From assembly GCA_041690835.1 (NCBI GenBank), contig JBEPVY010000001.1:1-46436 (forward strand): a DNA stretch of 46,436 bases. Direction: 5' to 3'. This stretch comes from Vulcanimicrobiota bacterium (GTDB lineage: Bacteria; Vulcanimicrobiota; Vulcanimicrobiia; Vulcanimicrobiales; Vulcanimicrobiaceae). Both the position numbers and the translations under genes were made by a program. The notes below the pieces were generated by a model that worked only from the letters and a program-made list of their open reading frames with translations, was not told where the DNA came from and searched no databases. Shown here one piece after another: positions 35,606 to 44,358 of this stretch (the first letter of the stretch is position 1; each line of letters starts with the position of its first letter).

Positions 35606-37126
35606 GTGTCTTCACACGCGACCGACGCTTCCACCCCGCGCCCGCGGCCGCCGATTCTCGACGAACTCCTGACCGCAGGCTGGGCGCCGCTGGCGGCCGT
35701 CGTGTTGGCGGGTCTGAGCCTCGGCTTCTTCGGCTGGTATGCGGCCATCGTGCCCCGGCACGACGAACTCCTCTCCGACCTGATGCTCCCGCTCGGCATG
35801 CTCCTCGGAGCGGCCGCAGCCGTCTGGCTCTGGCTCGGGTACGGCCACTACTTCGCACGCCGCGGCGGCATCACGTTCAATCGCGCGCTGCAGTACGATG
35901 CGCTCACCTGGATCCCGTTCATCCTGCTGTGGTTCACATTCGCGCTGCCGTCGGAGCTGACGCACGGCGCGCGCGTGCTGGTCGTCTGTCTCGGGCTCTG
36001 CACGATCGCCAAGGTCGCGATCGCGGCTCGCTTCAATCAGACCGTCCGCGAAGTGCTGCTCGACTTCACGGTCACCCGGATCGCGATCATCGTGATCGCG
36101 GAACTGGCCGCCGTCATCATCGGGCAACGCGCCGGCACGCACGTCAGCGAGTCGACCCATACCATGCTGGCCGTCTGGGGCCGCTGGGATGCCGTCCACT
36201 ATCTGGACGTCGCGACCAAGGGCTACGGCGGCACCGATATGGCGTTCTTCCCGCTCTATCCGCTACTGATCCGGATCCTCGGATCCTTGACCGGGAATCA
36301 CTTGATCGCCGGCCTGCTGATCTCGAACGCATCGTTCTTCTTCGGTCTGCTCTTCCTCTACAAACTGCTCGAACACGAATTCGACCGCTCGGTGGCGCGG
36401 CGCGCGATCTTCTACGTATCGATCTTCCCGTCGGCGGTCTTCTTCTCGGCCGTCTACACCGAATCGCTCTTCTTCTTTCTGACGGTCGCGTCGTTCTACT
36501 ACATGCGCGAGCATAAGTGGTGGTACGCGGGCGCGATCGGCTTCCTGGCGGCGCTGACCCGCTCCGAGGGCGTGCTCCTGGTCGTGCCGTTCGCGATCGA
36601 ATGGTGGGGGACGTACCGCGGCCGTCTCGAGGACGGGCTCCGTAGCGCCATCCCGAGCGCGCTGATACCGGCCGGGCTCTTCGTCTACATGGCCTATCTC
36701 TGGGTGCTGCGCGGCGACCCGCTCTACTTCTCGCACGTGCAGATCCATTGGAACCGGCACTTCGCGCCTCCCTGGGTCGCGGTCGGCGACGCATTCTCGA
36801 AGGTGTTCCACGCGACGGCCGGTCAGGTCATCGCGAACGAGCTGTTGGAGATCGGCTTCACGACCTTGATGGTCGTGGTGCTGATCGCCGGCTGGCGCCG
36901 TTTACGCCCGTCGTACATCGCCTACATGGGCCTCTCGATCCTGATCCCGATGTCGACGTCGAGTCTGATGTCGATGCCGCGCTTCGCGCTCGTGCTCTTC
37001 CCGATGTTCGCGATCCTGGCCCGCTGGGGCGACAAGCCCTGGATCAACAACGCGATCGTCGCGTTCTCGCTCCCGCTCCTCGGACTCTTCACCGTGCTCT
37101 TCGCCGATTGGTATTGGGTGGCATAG
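35606..37126 (+). CDS. Polytopic membrane glycosyltransferase, GT-C fold, PIG-V/mannosyltransferase-like
   Basis: The GTG at 35606 has AAAGAGGAG 5 nt upstream. There are more than 10 predicted TM segments. WGRWDAVHYLDVATKGYGG..MAFFPLYPLLIRILG is the signature I associate with the PIG-V-type mannosyltransferase family. The roughly 190-aa N-terminal membrane extension is not assigned. Confidence 0.6.
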   Translation: MSSHATDASTPRPRPPILDELLTAGWAPLAAVVLAGLSLGFFGWYAAIVPRHDELLSDLMLPLGMLLGAAAAVWLWLGYGHYFARRGGITFNRALQYDALTWIPFILLWFTFALPSELTHGARVLVVCLGLCTIAKVAIAARFNQTVREVLLDFTVTRIAIIVIAELAAVIIGQRAGTHVSESTHTMLAVWGRWDAVHYLDVATKGYGGTDMAFFPLYPLLIRILGSLTGNHLIAGLLISNASFFFGLLFLYKLLEHEFDRSVARRAIFYVSIFPSAVFFSAVYTESLFFFLTVASFYYMREHKWWYAGAIGFLAALTRSEGVLLVVPFAIEWWGTYRGRLEDGLRSAIPSALIPAGLFVYMAYLWVLRGDPLYFSHVQIHWNRHFAPPWVAVGDAFSKVFHATAGQVIANELLEIGFTTLMVVVLIAGWRRLRPSYIAYMGLSILIPMSTSSLMSMPRFALVLFPMFAILARWGDKPWINNAIVAFSLPLLGLFTVLFADWYWVA

Positions 37127-37129
37127 GCC

Positions 37130-37546
37130 GTGATCGCATCGCTCACCCAACGCCGCGGCGTCCGTCAGTTCGTGAAGTTCGCGGTCGTCGGACTCTCCGG
37201 CACGATCATCAACCTGGTCATCTTCACCCTGCTGCAGCGCGTCGATCCGATGCACGCTCGGCCGCTCCACTACAACGTGATCTATACCATCGGCTTCATG
37301 GCGGGCGGCGTCTCGAACTATTATCTCAACCGGATCTGGACGTTCCGCTCGACCGGGCATGCGGTTCGCGAGGGCGCGCAGTTCCTGACCGTCTCCGCGA
37401 TCGCGCTCCTCGTCGCACTCGGACTCGGACTGCTGCTCCACGGCTATCTCGGCTACGGGCACAAGATGTGGCTGGTCGCGACCTTGGGCGGCATCTGCGT
37501 CAACTTCTTCCTGAACAAATATTGGACGTTCAAGCACGTGAACTAG
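37130..37546 (+). CDS. gtrA: GtrA family protein (polyprenyl-phosphate-sugar translocation-associated)
   Basis: 138 aa with 4 TM segments. RQFVKFAVVGLSGTIINLVIF... and C-terminal FFLNKYWTF. The GTG start is 3 nt after the upstream stop. Confidence 0.85.
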   Translation: MIASLTQRRGVRQFVKFAVVGLSGTIINLVIFTLLQRVDPMHARPLHYNVIYTIGFMAGGVSNYYLNRIWTFRSTGHAVREGAQFLTVSAIALLVALGLGLLLHGYLGYGHKMWLVATLGGICVNFFLNKYWTFKHVN

Positions 37547-39063
37547 TGCGCAAGCACTGGTTCGCCTTCGGAATCGTGGTCGTCGCGCTGATCGGACTCG
37601 CGCTGCGCCTCAAGGGCATCCATAACCCGATCTTGGATCATCCGAACTGGCGTCAGGGCGATATGGCATCGGTCGCACGGAACTTCGCGCAGCTGCAGTA
37701 CAACCCGCTCTACCCGCAGACCAACTACAACGGCGCGCCGCCCAACTACGTCGAGCTGGAACTGCAGATCGTACCGTTCTTGGCCGCCACGCTCTACAAG
37801 CTCGTCGGCATCCACGAGGTCTTCGGCCGCCTGATCTCGATCGGCTTCAGCCTGGCGACCATCTGGGTGCTGGCGCTCCTCGGCCGCTGGCTCTTCTCGG
37901 ATCCTCGGGCCGGTACCGTCGCGGCCCTCGCGTATGCGATCCTACCGGGTGCGGTCTACTACGGGCGCACGTTCACACCCGATGCGACGATGGTCTTCTT
38001 CCTGACCGCCGCGCTCTACGTCGGATCGCGCATGCTGGTCGAAGACGAAGCCCTCGAATGGCGGAACGTCGCGTGGGCGACCGCCCTGGTCACGCTTGCC
38101 TATCTGGCCAAGTCGGTCGCGGTCGTCGCCGCTCTCCCGCTCTTCGCGATCGCGATCGCGCGCCTGCGCGCCGGGCGGGCGATGCCCGTCCTTCGGCTCG
38201 CGACGTTCTTCGTCGTCCCGTTCCTGGTTCTCGGAGCCTACGATCGAGCCGTCTCGTCGCACGCCGAATGGCATTGGGCGAGCGGCATCATGACGCTCCA
38301 CGTGATCCCGGAATTGCAGGCGGCCTTCGCCTCCGGCGGCGGTTTCGCGAACAAATTCGGGCAGTTCTGGACGATGCTCGATTCGCTCCGCGCGACCATG
38401 CTCGGAACGACCATGCTGATCCTCACGCTGTTCGGGCTCGCCGCGCTTCCGTTCGTCCAGGTGCGCAGCCGATCGCTTCTCTGGGCGTGGCTCGCCGGCG
38501 GTCTGCTCTACACGTTCGTGGTCGTCACGGTCGAGCGCGTCGACTACTACATGTTCTTACTGCTGCCGCTCGCGGCGCTGGCGATAGCCGCCCTGGCGGT
38601 CTTCCTGGCCGGACTGGTCGCGACCCGGGCCCCGCGCTTCGCACCCGCACTCGTCGCCGTTGCGGTCGTCCTTGCGGTCTGGTGCACGATCGAAGGCGTC
38701 GATGCGGTCGCGCCCTACTATGCGTACAACAAACAGGCGTATCGCGATGCTATCGCCTTGAACGCGACGCTCGATCCGCATGCCCTCGTCGTGATGGCCC
38801 ACTACGGGCCCGACGTGCTCTATTACATGAACCGGTTCGGATGGGAAGAGGACCCGCTGCTCTGGCGGCCGTTCGATCAGAAGAGCGCGATCCGTAAAGG
38901 CGCGCGCTACTTCATCTCGATCGAGGACCGCCGCATGCGCCGCAACGTCGCGCTCTGCACCTGGCTCCAACAGTTCCCGCTTCTCCGGAAGAGCGGAGCG
39001 AGCTGGCCCGTCTACGAGACCGATTTCGCAAAGCGCCTGGCAAGACCGGGCTCGTGCGGCTAG
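37546..39063 (+). CDS. Polytopic membrane glycosyltransferase, GT-C fold (PMT_2/ArnT, GT39/GT83-like)
   Basis: The GTG at 37546 overlaps the gtrA TAG by 1 nt. VRKHWFAFGIVVVALIGLALRL...WRQGDMASVARNF...YVELELQIVPFLAATLYKL... There are many TM helices, then a C-terminal soluble region. The upstream part of track ORF 36748..39063 is shadow. Confidence 0.7.
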   Translation: MRKHWFAFGIVVVALIGLALRLKGIHNPILDHPNWRQGDMASVARNFAQLQYNPLYPQTNYNGAPPNYVELELQIVPFLAATLYKLVGIHEVFGRLISIGFSLATIWVLALLGRWLFSDPRAGTVAALAYAILPGAVYYGRTFTPDATMVFFLTAALYVGSRMLVEDEALEWRNVAWATALVTLAYLAKSVAVVAALPLFAIAIARLRAGRAMPVLRLATFFVVPFLVLGAYDRAVSSHAEWHWASGIMTLHVIPELQAAFASGGGFANKFGQFWTMLDSLRATMLGTTMLILTLFGLAALPFVQVRSRSLLWAWLAGGLLYTFVVVTVERVDYYMFLLLPLAALAIAALAVFLAGLVATRAPRFAPALVAVAVVLAVWCTIEGVDAVAPYYAYNKQAYRDAIALNATLDPHALVVMAHYGPDVLYYMNRFGWEEDPLLWRPFDQKSAIRKGARYFISIEDRRMRRNVALCTWLQQFPLLRKSGASWPVYETDFAKRLARPGSCG

Positions 39064-39341
39064 GTTCCTGACGGGGGCGTAGGGGTGGAGCCGGTCTTCC
39101 GGTTGGGAGACTGCTCGCTTGCCACCTCGCGATAGAGGTAGCGCGTCGCCTTTGTGATCAGCTCGGCGACCCGGAAAAGCCCATCGCCCGAGATCGTGAT
39201 CGCCTGCCAATCGATCGCCTCATGGCGATGGACCAACGTGTAGGTATCGTTTCCGACGGCGTAGATCGCGAACTCGTTGGAATCCGCGACCAGCGTGGCG
39301 CTCTCGAGCAGTTCGGCATCGATACGCTGGACAAGCTTCAT
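39060..39341 (-). CDS. Small hypothetical protein (93 aa)
   Basis: The ATG at 39341 has GGAG 7-10 nt upstream. MKLVQRIDAELLESATLVADSNEFAIYAVGNDTYTLVHRHEAIDWQAITISGDG... Third codon positions are strongly G/C, as in neighbouring genes. I recognised no family. Confidence 0.55.
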   Translation of the reverse strand: MKLVQRIDAELLESATLVADSNEFAIYAVGNDTYTLVHRHEAIDWQAITISGDGLFRVAELITKATRYLYREVASEQSPNRKTGSTPTPPSGT

Positions 39342-39476
39342 GAGTATCTCCAAAAGACACGGAAAGTACACCACCTTCGTACCCCCGCGATGAATGGCCC
39401 AACCGGATGGCTCCTCGGCCGCCGTTGGGGCGTCGCCCGAGGTCCTAACCCATACTGTGCCCTATGGCAATTCGAA

Positions 39477-40127
39477 CTACGGGAGCGGCAGTAACGACCC
39501 CACGGCGCCCGAGGGCTCGCCCTTGGTGCTCGTGCCGGACTCGACCAACTGCCGGTAGGCGACCAGACGGTTGAGGTTCCGGGTGACGTCTTGCTGGAGA
39601 TCGTACGAAGCCTTGATCGCCTTGGTCAGATCCTGGGTGTCGTAGGTGTAGTCGAAGCGCTTGAGACTCTTGAGGATCACCTTGTTCGCATCGTTGAGCT
39701 CGAGGTAGGCCTTCTGTAGTTGCCGGCCGGCCAGCTCGTAGGTCGGATAGTTCGAGATCACGATCTCGCGTTTGAGCTTGGCGTTCTCGATGGCGGCGTG
39801 CAGCGCGATCAGCCGGACGCTTTGCGGATCGTATTTGGATGCATCCGCGATCGTGCCGGCTGCGGCATCGAAATCGCCCTTCTCGAACTGCATCTGCGCG
39901 AGCGTCGCAGCCGCGCCGACGAAGCCCTCTTGGGCACGGACGTCGCTCGGGTCGACCTTGAGCGCGAGCCGATACGAGAGCTCTGCGTCGGCCACGTTGC
40001 CGCGCGTCATCGCATCGTCGCCCTGATGGACGCGCGTATCCGTGATCCAGCGTTCGACCGAACCCGCACATCCGCCAAGGGAGAGCATCCCGACCAAGAC
40101 CAACGCCGCTCGAAACGTCCGCATCAT
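39477..40127 (-). CDS. Hypothetical lipoprotein with TPR-like helical repeats
   Basis: MMRTFRAALVLVGMLSLGGC/AGS contains a lipobox. Helical repeats resemble TPR (AELSYRLALKVDPSDVRAQEG..; QFEKGDFDAAAGTIADASKYDP). AGGAGG lies immediately upstream. Confidence 0.65.
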   Translation of the reverse strand: MMRTFRAALVLVGMLSLGGCAGSVERWITDTRVHQGDDAMTRGNVADAELSYRLALKVDPSDVRAQEGFVGAAATLAQMQFEKGDFDAAAGTIADASKYDPQSVRLIALHAAIENAKLKREIVISNYPTYELAGRQLQKAYLELNDANKVILKSLKRFDYTYDTQDLTKAIKASYDLQQDVTRNLNRLVAYRQLVESGTSTKGEPSGAVGSLLPLP

Positions 40128-40131
40128 CCTC

Positions 40132-41046
40132 CTACCGCCCGTGACTGACCAGGTGCGCCACGAACTTGATGATCTCCGCCGAGGGCCAGAGCAGCAACTG
40201 CGAGACCAGCCACCCGACGATCGCTGTAACCGCCAGATAGAAGACCATCGATTTGACGTCGTCGTGCGGCCGCTCCCCCTTCACTGCCTCGTCGACGATG
40301 ATCGAGGATGTCGGATCCACGAAGAACGTGAAGGCGATCGTCCCGACGCCGTTGATGATGCCCGATATCCCGATCGCGGTGCGCGCCACGTTCACGTCGA
40401 GGACGCTCGCATAGTAGGCCGCCACGACGCCGATCGCATAGATGCCGGTCACGACCACGTTGAAGATCAGCAGGCGACGCGGAATGTTCCTGGGGGAGAA
40501 CGTCCGGATCTCGGCAAGGCCGGGCAGGCGGATATGCGAGAGGACGTCTCCGATCACGCGTGGATCGAAGAGCCGGATCATCGAATGCGGCAGCGACTTC
40601 GTCCGCTCGAACGACCGCACGCCGCGCACGTACATGTACGTGAACATCGGCAGCAAGAGGCTGCCGAGAATGGTGCCGATCGTACCGGCGATGACGATCG
40701 CGCGGAGCTGCCACTCGAACGTCGATTGGATATGCGAGGTCGCGAGTTGCGCCGCCGGCAGCATCAGGTGGCCGGCCTTGGGAACGAGCGCTTTGACCGC
40801 GTTGCCGGCGCCGTCCGAGAGCGGGCCTAGCATCAAGGTGTAGACCAACGTCGCGAGCCGGCTCGCCGTGACGAACAGGTTGAAGAGCGAGAGCGAGGTC
40901 GCGATCCGCCCGGTTCGAACGCCCGCCAGACGAGCGGCATAGGCGCCGATCTGAATGGCCTGGATCAACACGTTGAACGCAATTGCGACGACGAGTTGCC
41001 ACGACCAGAACGGGATCGTGTTAAGCGGCGCTACGTGACCAGTCAA
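40132..41046 (-). CDS. amj: Amj-family (DUF2837) putative lipid II flippase
   Basis: IQAIQIGAYAARLAGVRTGRIATSLSLFNLFVTASRLA resembles the conserved N-terminal block of B. subtilis Amj (YdaH), and the protein is polytopic throughout. The start is uncertain. The only canonical candidate that keeps the first TM helix is TTG at 41046, which overlaps the M16 gene by 26 nt. The track start at 41145 is a shadow extension. Confidence 0.65.
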   Translation of the reverse strand: MTGHVAPLNTIPFWSWQLVVAIAFNVLIQAIQIGAYAARLAGVRTGRIATSLSLFNLFVTASRLATLVYTLMLGPLSDGAGNAVKALVPKAGHLMLPAAQLATSHIQSTFEWQLRAIVIAGTIGTILGSLLLPMFTYMYVRGVRSFERTKSLPHSMIRLFDPRVIGDVLSHIRLPGLAEIRTFSPRNIPRRLLIFNVVVTGIYAIGVVAAYYASVLDVNVARTAIGISGIINGVGTIAFTFFVDPTSSIIVDEAVKGERPHDDVKSMVFYLAVTAIVGWLVSQLLLWPSAEIIKFVAHLVSHGR

Positions 41047-42277
41047 TCGATGCTTCTTCCACGGGGCCGAGCACGCATAGCCCGAGGTTTTCGGGTGCGA
41101 AGAGTTCGTAGGCGACCGAGCGGACGTCGTCGACGGTGACCGCATCGACTCGGGCTTCGATCTCCTCGGTGCCGATCTGCCGCCCGAACGTGAACTCGTT
41201 CCGTCCGAGGCGGATCATCCGGCTCGAACTCGACTCCAGCGCTAGCGTCAGACTGCCCTTCATGTGTTCTTTGGCCAAGTGTAGTTCGGCTTCGGTGACG
41301 CCCGCGTGACGGACCGATTCGAACTGCTCGCCGATCACGTCGACGCACTTCTGCACGTTCTCGGCCGAGGTTCCGGCATACACGCCGAACAGTCCCGCCG
41401 CCCGATACGAAGCTTGAAACGTGTAGACGCTGTAGACCAGGCCGCGCTTCTCGCGGATCTCTTGGAAGAGCCGGCTCGACATGCCGCCGCCCAGGATCGT
41501 ATCCAGCACCGAGAGCGCGTAGCGTCGCTCGTCGACCGCAGAGAGCCCGCGCGTCCCCAACACCACGTGCGCCTGTTCGCTCTTCTTATGCCGGAAGAGC
41601 GCGTTCGGGGTGGTCGTCGGCGCCTCCGGAACCGGCAGCGTACAGCGACCCGCAAACCCCTCGAAGTTGGCCGCGACCTGCTCCACGAACGCGTCGTGGT
41701 CGACGTTGCCGGCGGCCGCCACCAGCACCGAGTTCGGCGCGTAGCGCGAGCGCATGTGGGCCCGCAGATCGTCGGGCGTGACCGCCGAGACCGTCTCCGC
41801 GAAGCCGATCGTCGGATCGCCCAGGTTCGCGCCGGCCCACATCGTCTGGATGAACAGATCGTGGATCAACTCGTCGGGCGAGTCCTCGTACATCTTGATC
41901 TCTTCGAGGATGACCTTCTGCTCTTTTGCCAGCTCCTCGGGATCGAAGGTCGAGTGCAAGAACATGTCGCCGAGCACGTCGAGCGCGAGGGGCAGATGCC
42001 TGTCCATCACCTTGGCGTAGTAGCAGGTCGACTCTTTATCCGTGAACGCATTGAGGTTGCCGCCGATGCCGTCCATCGTCTCGGCGATCTCGCGCGCGCT
42101 CCGGCGGCTCGTCCCCTTGAAGAGCATGTGTTCGACGACGTGCGAGATCCCGCGCTCGTGCGGCAGCTCGGCCGCCGAGCCGACGTCGGCCCAGACGCCG
42201 ACCGTCGCGGAGCGGACCGCCGGCATGGCCTCGGTCAGCACCCGAACGCCGTTCGGAAGAGTCGTCTGCTGCTGCAT
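41021..42277 (-). CDS. M16 family (pitrilysin-like) zinc metallopeptidase
   Basis: The ATG at 42277 gives MQQQTTLPNGVRVLTE...GISHVVEHMLFKGT (HxxEH zinc motif)...NAFTDKE. It is 418 aa. The track extension to 42655 is shadow. Confidence 0.9.
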   Translation of the reverse strand: MQQQTTLPNGVRVLTEAMPAVRSATVGVWADVGSAAELPHERGISHVVEHMLFKGTSRRSAREIAETMDGIGGNLNAFTDKESTCYYAKVMDRHLPLALDVLGDMFLHSTFDPEELAKEQKVILEEIKMYEDSPDELIHDLFIQTMWAGANLGDPTIGFAETVSAVTPDDLRAHMRSRYAPNSVLVAAAGNVDHDAFVEQVAANFEGFAGRCTLPVPEAPTTTPNALFRHKKSEQAHVVLGTRGLSAVDERRYALSVLDTILGGGMSSRLFQEIREKRGLVYSVYTFQASYRAAGLFGVYAGTSAENVQKCVDVIGEQFESVRHAGVTEAELHLAKEHMKGSLTLALESSSSRMIRLGRNEFTFGRQIGTEEIEARVDAVTVDDVRSVAYELFAPENLGLCVLGPVEEASIDWSRSAA

Positions 42278-42819
42278 CAGGTTCCACCTTTGAGGACGGC
42301 GCGGGCCCACTCCTCGTCCAGGTAGACGCCCTGCCCGGTCTTGATCCGCTCGGCCAGCGCGGCTTCGGATTCGTTCCGGACTACCGAGAGGGTGAAGACG
42401 TTCCGGGTGGTCGGCGTCGCCAGGTCGCCCGAGACGATCACGCCTTTGCCGACCGTCAGCGGAACGGCCGCCCAAAGGTCCACCTCCGCGACGTGCGGAT
42501 CGGCCGAGAAGACGCGCTGGACCAAGGTCATCGCTTCGCTCTCGAAGCCGGCAAGCGTGAGCGAACCATGGAACTTCACGCCGGAGACCCTGAGACCGAT
42601 CACGAGCGTGCCGGCGGTCTCGTTCGCGGAGACCTTCATCACTTGGGCCGGCCACTCGATCGCGAAGAGCGCATCGCCGATCTTCATCGCGACGTCTTTG
42701 CGATTGCCGCTGGCGCGTGCGCCCGCGTCCAGAGTGGCGATCGACGGCGCGGAGGCGAACGCGGTGCCGGGTGCGCCGGCGATCAGGAGCGCGAGCGCGA
42801 GCTTAGTACGATTGCGCAA
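42277..42819 (-). CDS. Hypothetical secreted protein
   Basis: The TTG at 42819 gives (M)RNRTKLALALLIAGAPGTAFA/SAPS, a signal peptide. The mature part is beta-rich and I recognised no family. It overlaps the proS end by 17 nt and the M16 start by 1 nt. The start assignment is tentative. Confidence 0.5.
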   Translation of the reverse strand: MRNRTKLALALLIAGAPGTAFASAPSIATLDAGARASGNRKDVAMKIGDALFAIEWPAQVMKVSANETAGTLVIGLRVSGVKFHGSLTLAGFESEAMTLVQRVFSADPHVAEVDLWAAVPLTVGKGVIVSGDLATPTTRNVFTLSVVRNESEAALAERIKTGQGVYLDEEWARAVLKGGT

Positions 42820-44260
42820 AGTAGGCTCGGGCCTTGGACGGCTCGCCGCAGGCGACGCAAGCGGCCTCGCCGCCTTCGAGCGCCCGCGTGTTGCGCGTGG
42901 CCGCACCGGTCTCGGCTTTGACGTGCGCCTCGCATTCGGCGCGCTCGCACCAGGCGATGTCGAGCATGCCGTCGCGGTTTCTGGCGCGCGCGAAGAACTC
43001 ATCGCGCTCGGTCACCCGGAACGTATGCGCGTCCAAGTGCGCCTTGGCTTGGGCGAAGAGCGACGCGTGAACGGCATCCAATCCGGCCGCTACCGCCGCT
43101 TCAAGGTCCTCGAACGGGATGGCGACCTTGGCGCCCTCTTCGCCCTTCTGCCTATCGCGGCGCGCCAACATGGCGCTCCCCGACTCCAGATCCTTCGGAC
43201 CGATCTCGATCCGGAGCGGCACGCCGCGCATCTCCCACTCGGCGTACTTCCAACCGGGCGATTGATCGCGCGCATCGACCTTGACGCGCCGTCCGGCCTT
43301 GCGCAGTGCGCTCGCGATCTCGTTCGCCTTGTCGACCGCGCGCCGGTCGTCGCCGCGAACGATCGGTACGATCACCACTTCGACCGGTGCGAGCTTCGGC
43401 GGGATGCGCAGGCCGCGGTCGTCGCCGTGCACCATGATGACGGCGCCGAGCATACGCCACGACATACCCCACGAGGTCGTGAACACGTGTTTGACCGCGC
43501 TGTCCGCGTCGGTGAACGTGATGTCGTAGGCCTTCGAGAAATTCTGTCCGAGGTCGTGCGAGGTGGCCGATTGTAGGGCCTTGCCGTCCGGCATCAAGGC
43601 TTCGATCGAGAACGTCTCGACCGCGCCCGGGAACCGTTCGCTCGCGCTCTTGGCGCCGGCATAGACCGGGATCGCAGCCACGTTCTCGGCGAAATCTTTG
43701 TAGACGTCGAGCATCTGCAGCGTCTCGGCGCGGCCTTCTTCCGCCGTCGCATGCGCGGTGTGACCCTCTTGCCAGAGGAACTCCATCGTGCGCAGGAACG
43801 GGCGCGTCGCCTTCTCCCAGCGCACCACGTTCGCCCATTGGTTGATCAGGATCGGAAGATCGCGATAGGACTCGATCCACTGGGCGTACATCGTACCGAT
43901 GATCACTTCCGAGGTCGGGCGGATCGCGAGACGTTCGGTCAGCTCTTCGTTGCCGCCGTACGTGACCCAGGCGACTTCGGGCGCGAAGCCTTCGACGTGC
44001 TCCGCTTCCTTCGTCAGTAGACTCTCGGGGATCAGCAGCGGGAAATAGGCGTTCTCGTGGCCGGTCGCCTTGAAGCGCTCGTCGAGATGCTTCTGCAGAT
44101 TCTCCCACATCCCGAAGCCGTGCGGCCGGAGCACGACGCACCCGCGAACGGGCGCATACGAGACCAGTTCGGCCTTGATACAGACGGCGGTGTACCAGGC
44201 GGACAGGTCGGCCGCCTTGGGCGGGATCTCTTTGACGACGGGCGTGAGGCTTTCGGACAT
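42803..44260 (-). CDS. proS: Proline--tRNA ligase (archaeal/eukaryote-like type with C-terminal Zn-binding domain)
   Basis: 485 aa. WYTAVCIKAELVSYAPVRGCVVLRPHGFGMWE...FPLLIPESLL...RPTSE...RWE.ATRPFLRTMEFLWQEGHTAH...; the C-terminus reads CERAECEAHVK...CVACGEPSKARAYFAQSY, ending in Tyr as is typical of this ProRS type. Confidence 0.95.
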   Translation of the reverse strand: MSESLTPVVKEIPPKAADLSAWYTAVCIKAELVSYAPVRGCVVLRPHGFGMWENLQKHLDERFKATGHENAYFPLLIPESLLTKEAEHVEGFAPEVAWVTYGGNEELTERLAIRPTSEVIIGTMYAQWIESYRDLPILINQWANVVRWEKATRPFLRTMEFLWQEGHTAHATAEEGRAETLQMLDVYKDFAENVAAIPVYAGAKSASERFPGAVETFSIEALMPDGKALQSATSHDLGQNFSKAYDITFTDADSAVKHVFTTSWGMSWRMLGAVIMVHGDDRGLRIPPKLAPVEVVIVPIVRGDDRRAVDKANEIASALRKAGRRVKVDARDQSPGWKYAEWEMRGVPLRIEIGPKDLESGSAMLARRDRQKGEEGAKVAIPFEDLEAAVAAGLDAVHASLFAQAKAHLDAHTFRVTERDEFFARARNRDGMLDIAWCERAECEAHVKAETGAATRNTRALEGGEAACVACGEPSKARAYFAQSY

Positions 44261-44358
44261 GACCGGGCCCGGTTCGAGCGGGCTCGTGGCGCGGCCTTCC
44301 CGGGAGCCCCGTCTGGCCCCCGGGACGCTTTTGGACGCACGCCCGCGAGAATCCAGGC

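Noticed and set aside
36748-37545. N-terminal part of track ORF 36748..39063
   Set aside because: It overlaps the end of the PIG-V-like gene and all of gtrA in another frame, and its sequence is Arg/Pro-rich. The real GT-C gene starts at GTG 37546.
44267-44283. tRNA-like T-arm (GCCCG-GTTCGAG-CGGGC)
   Set aside because: No acceptor, D or anticodon arms can be built around it. The loop does not start with the canonical TTC register. It lies directly against the proS start codon.
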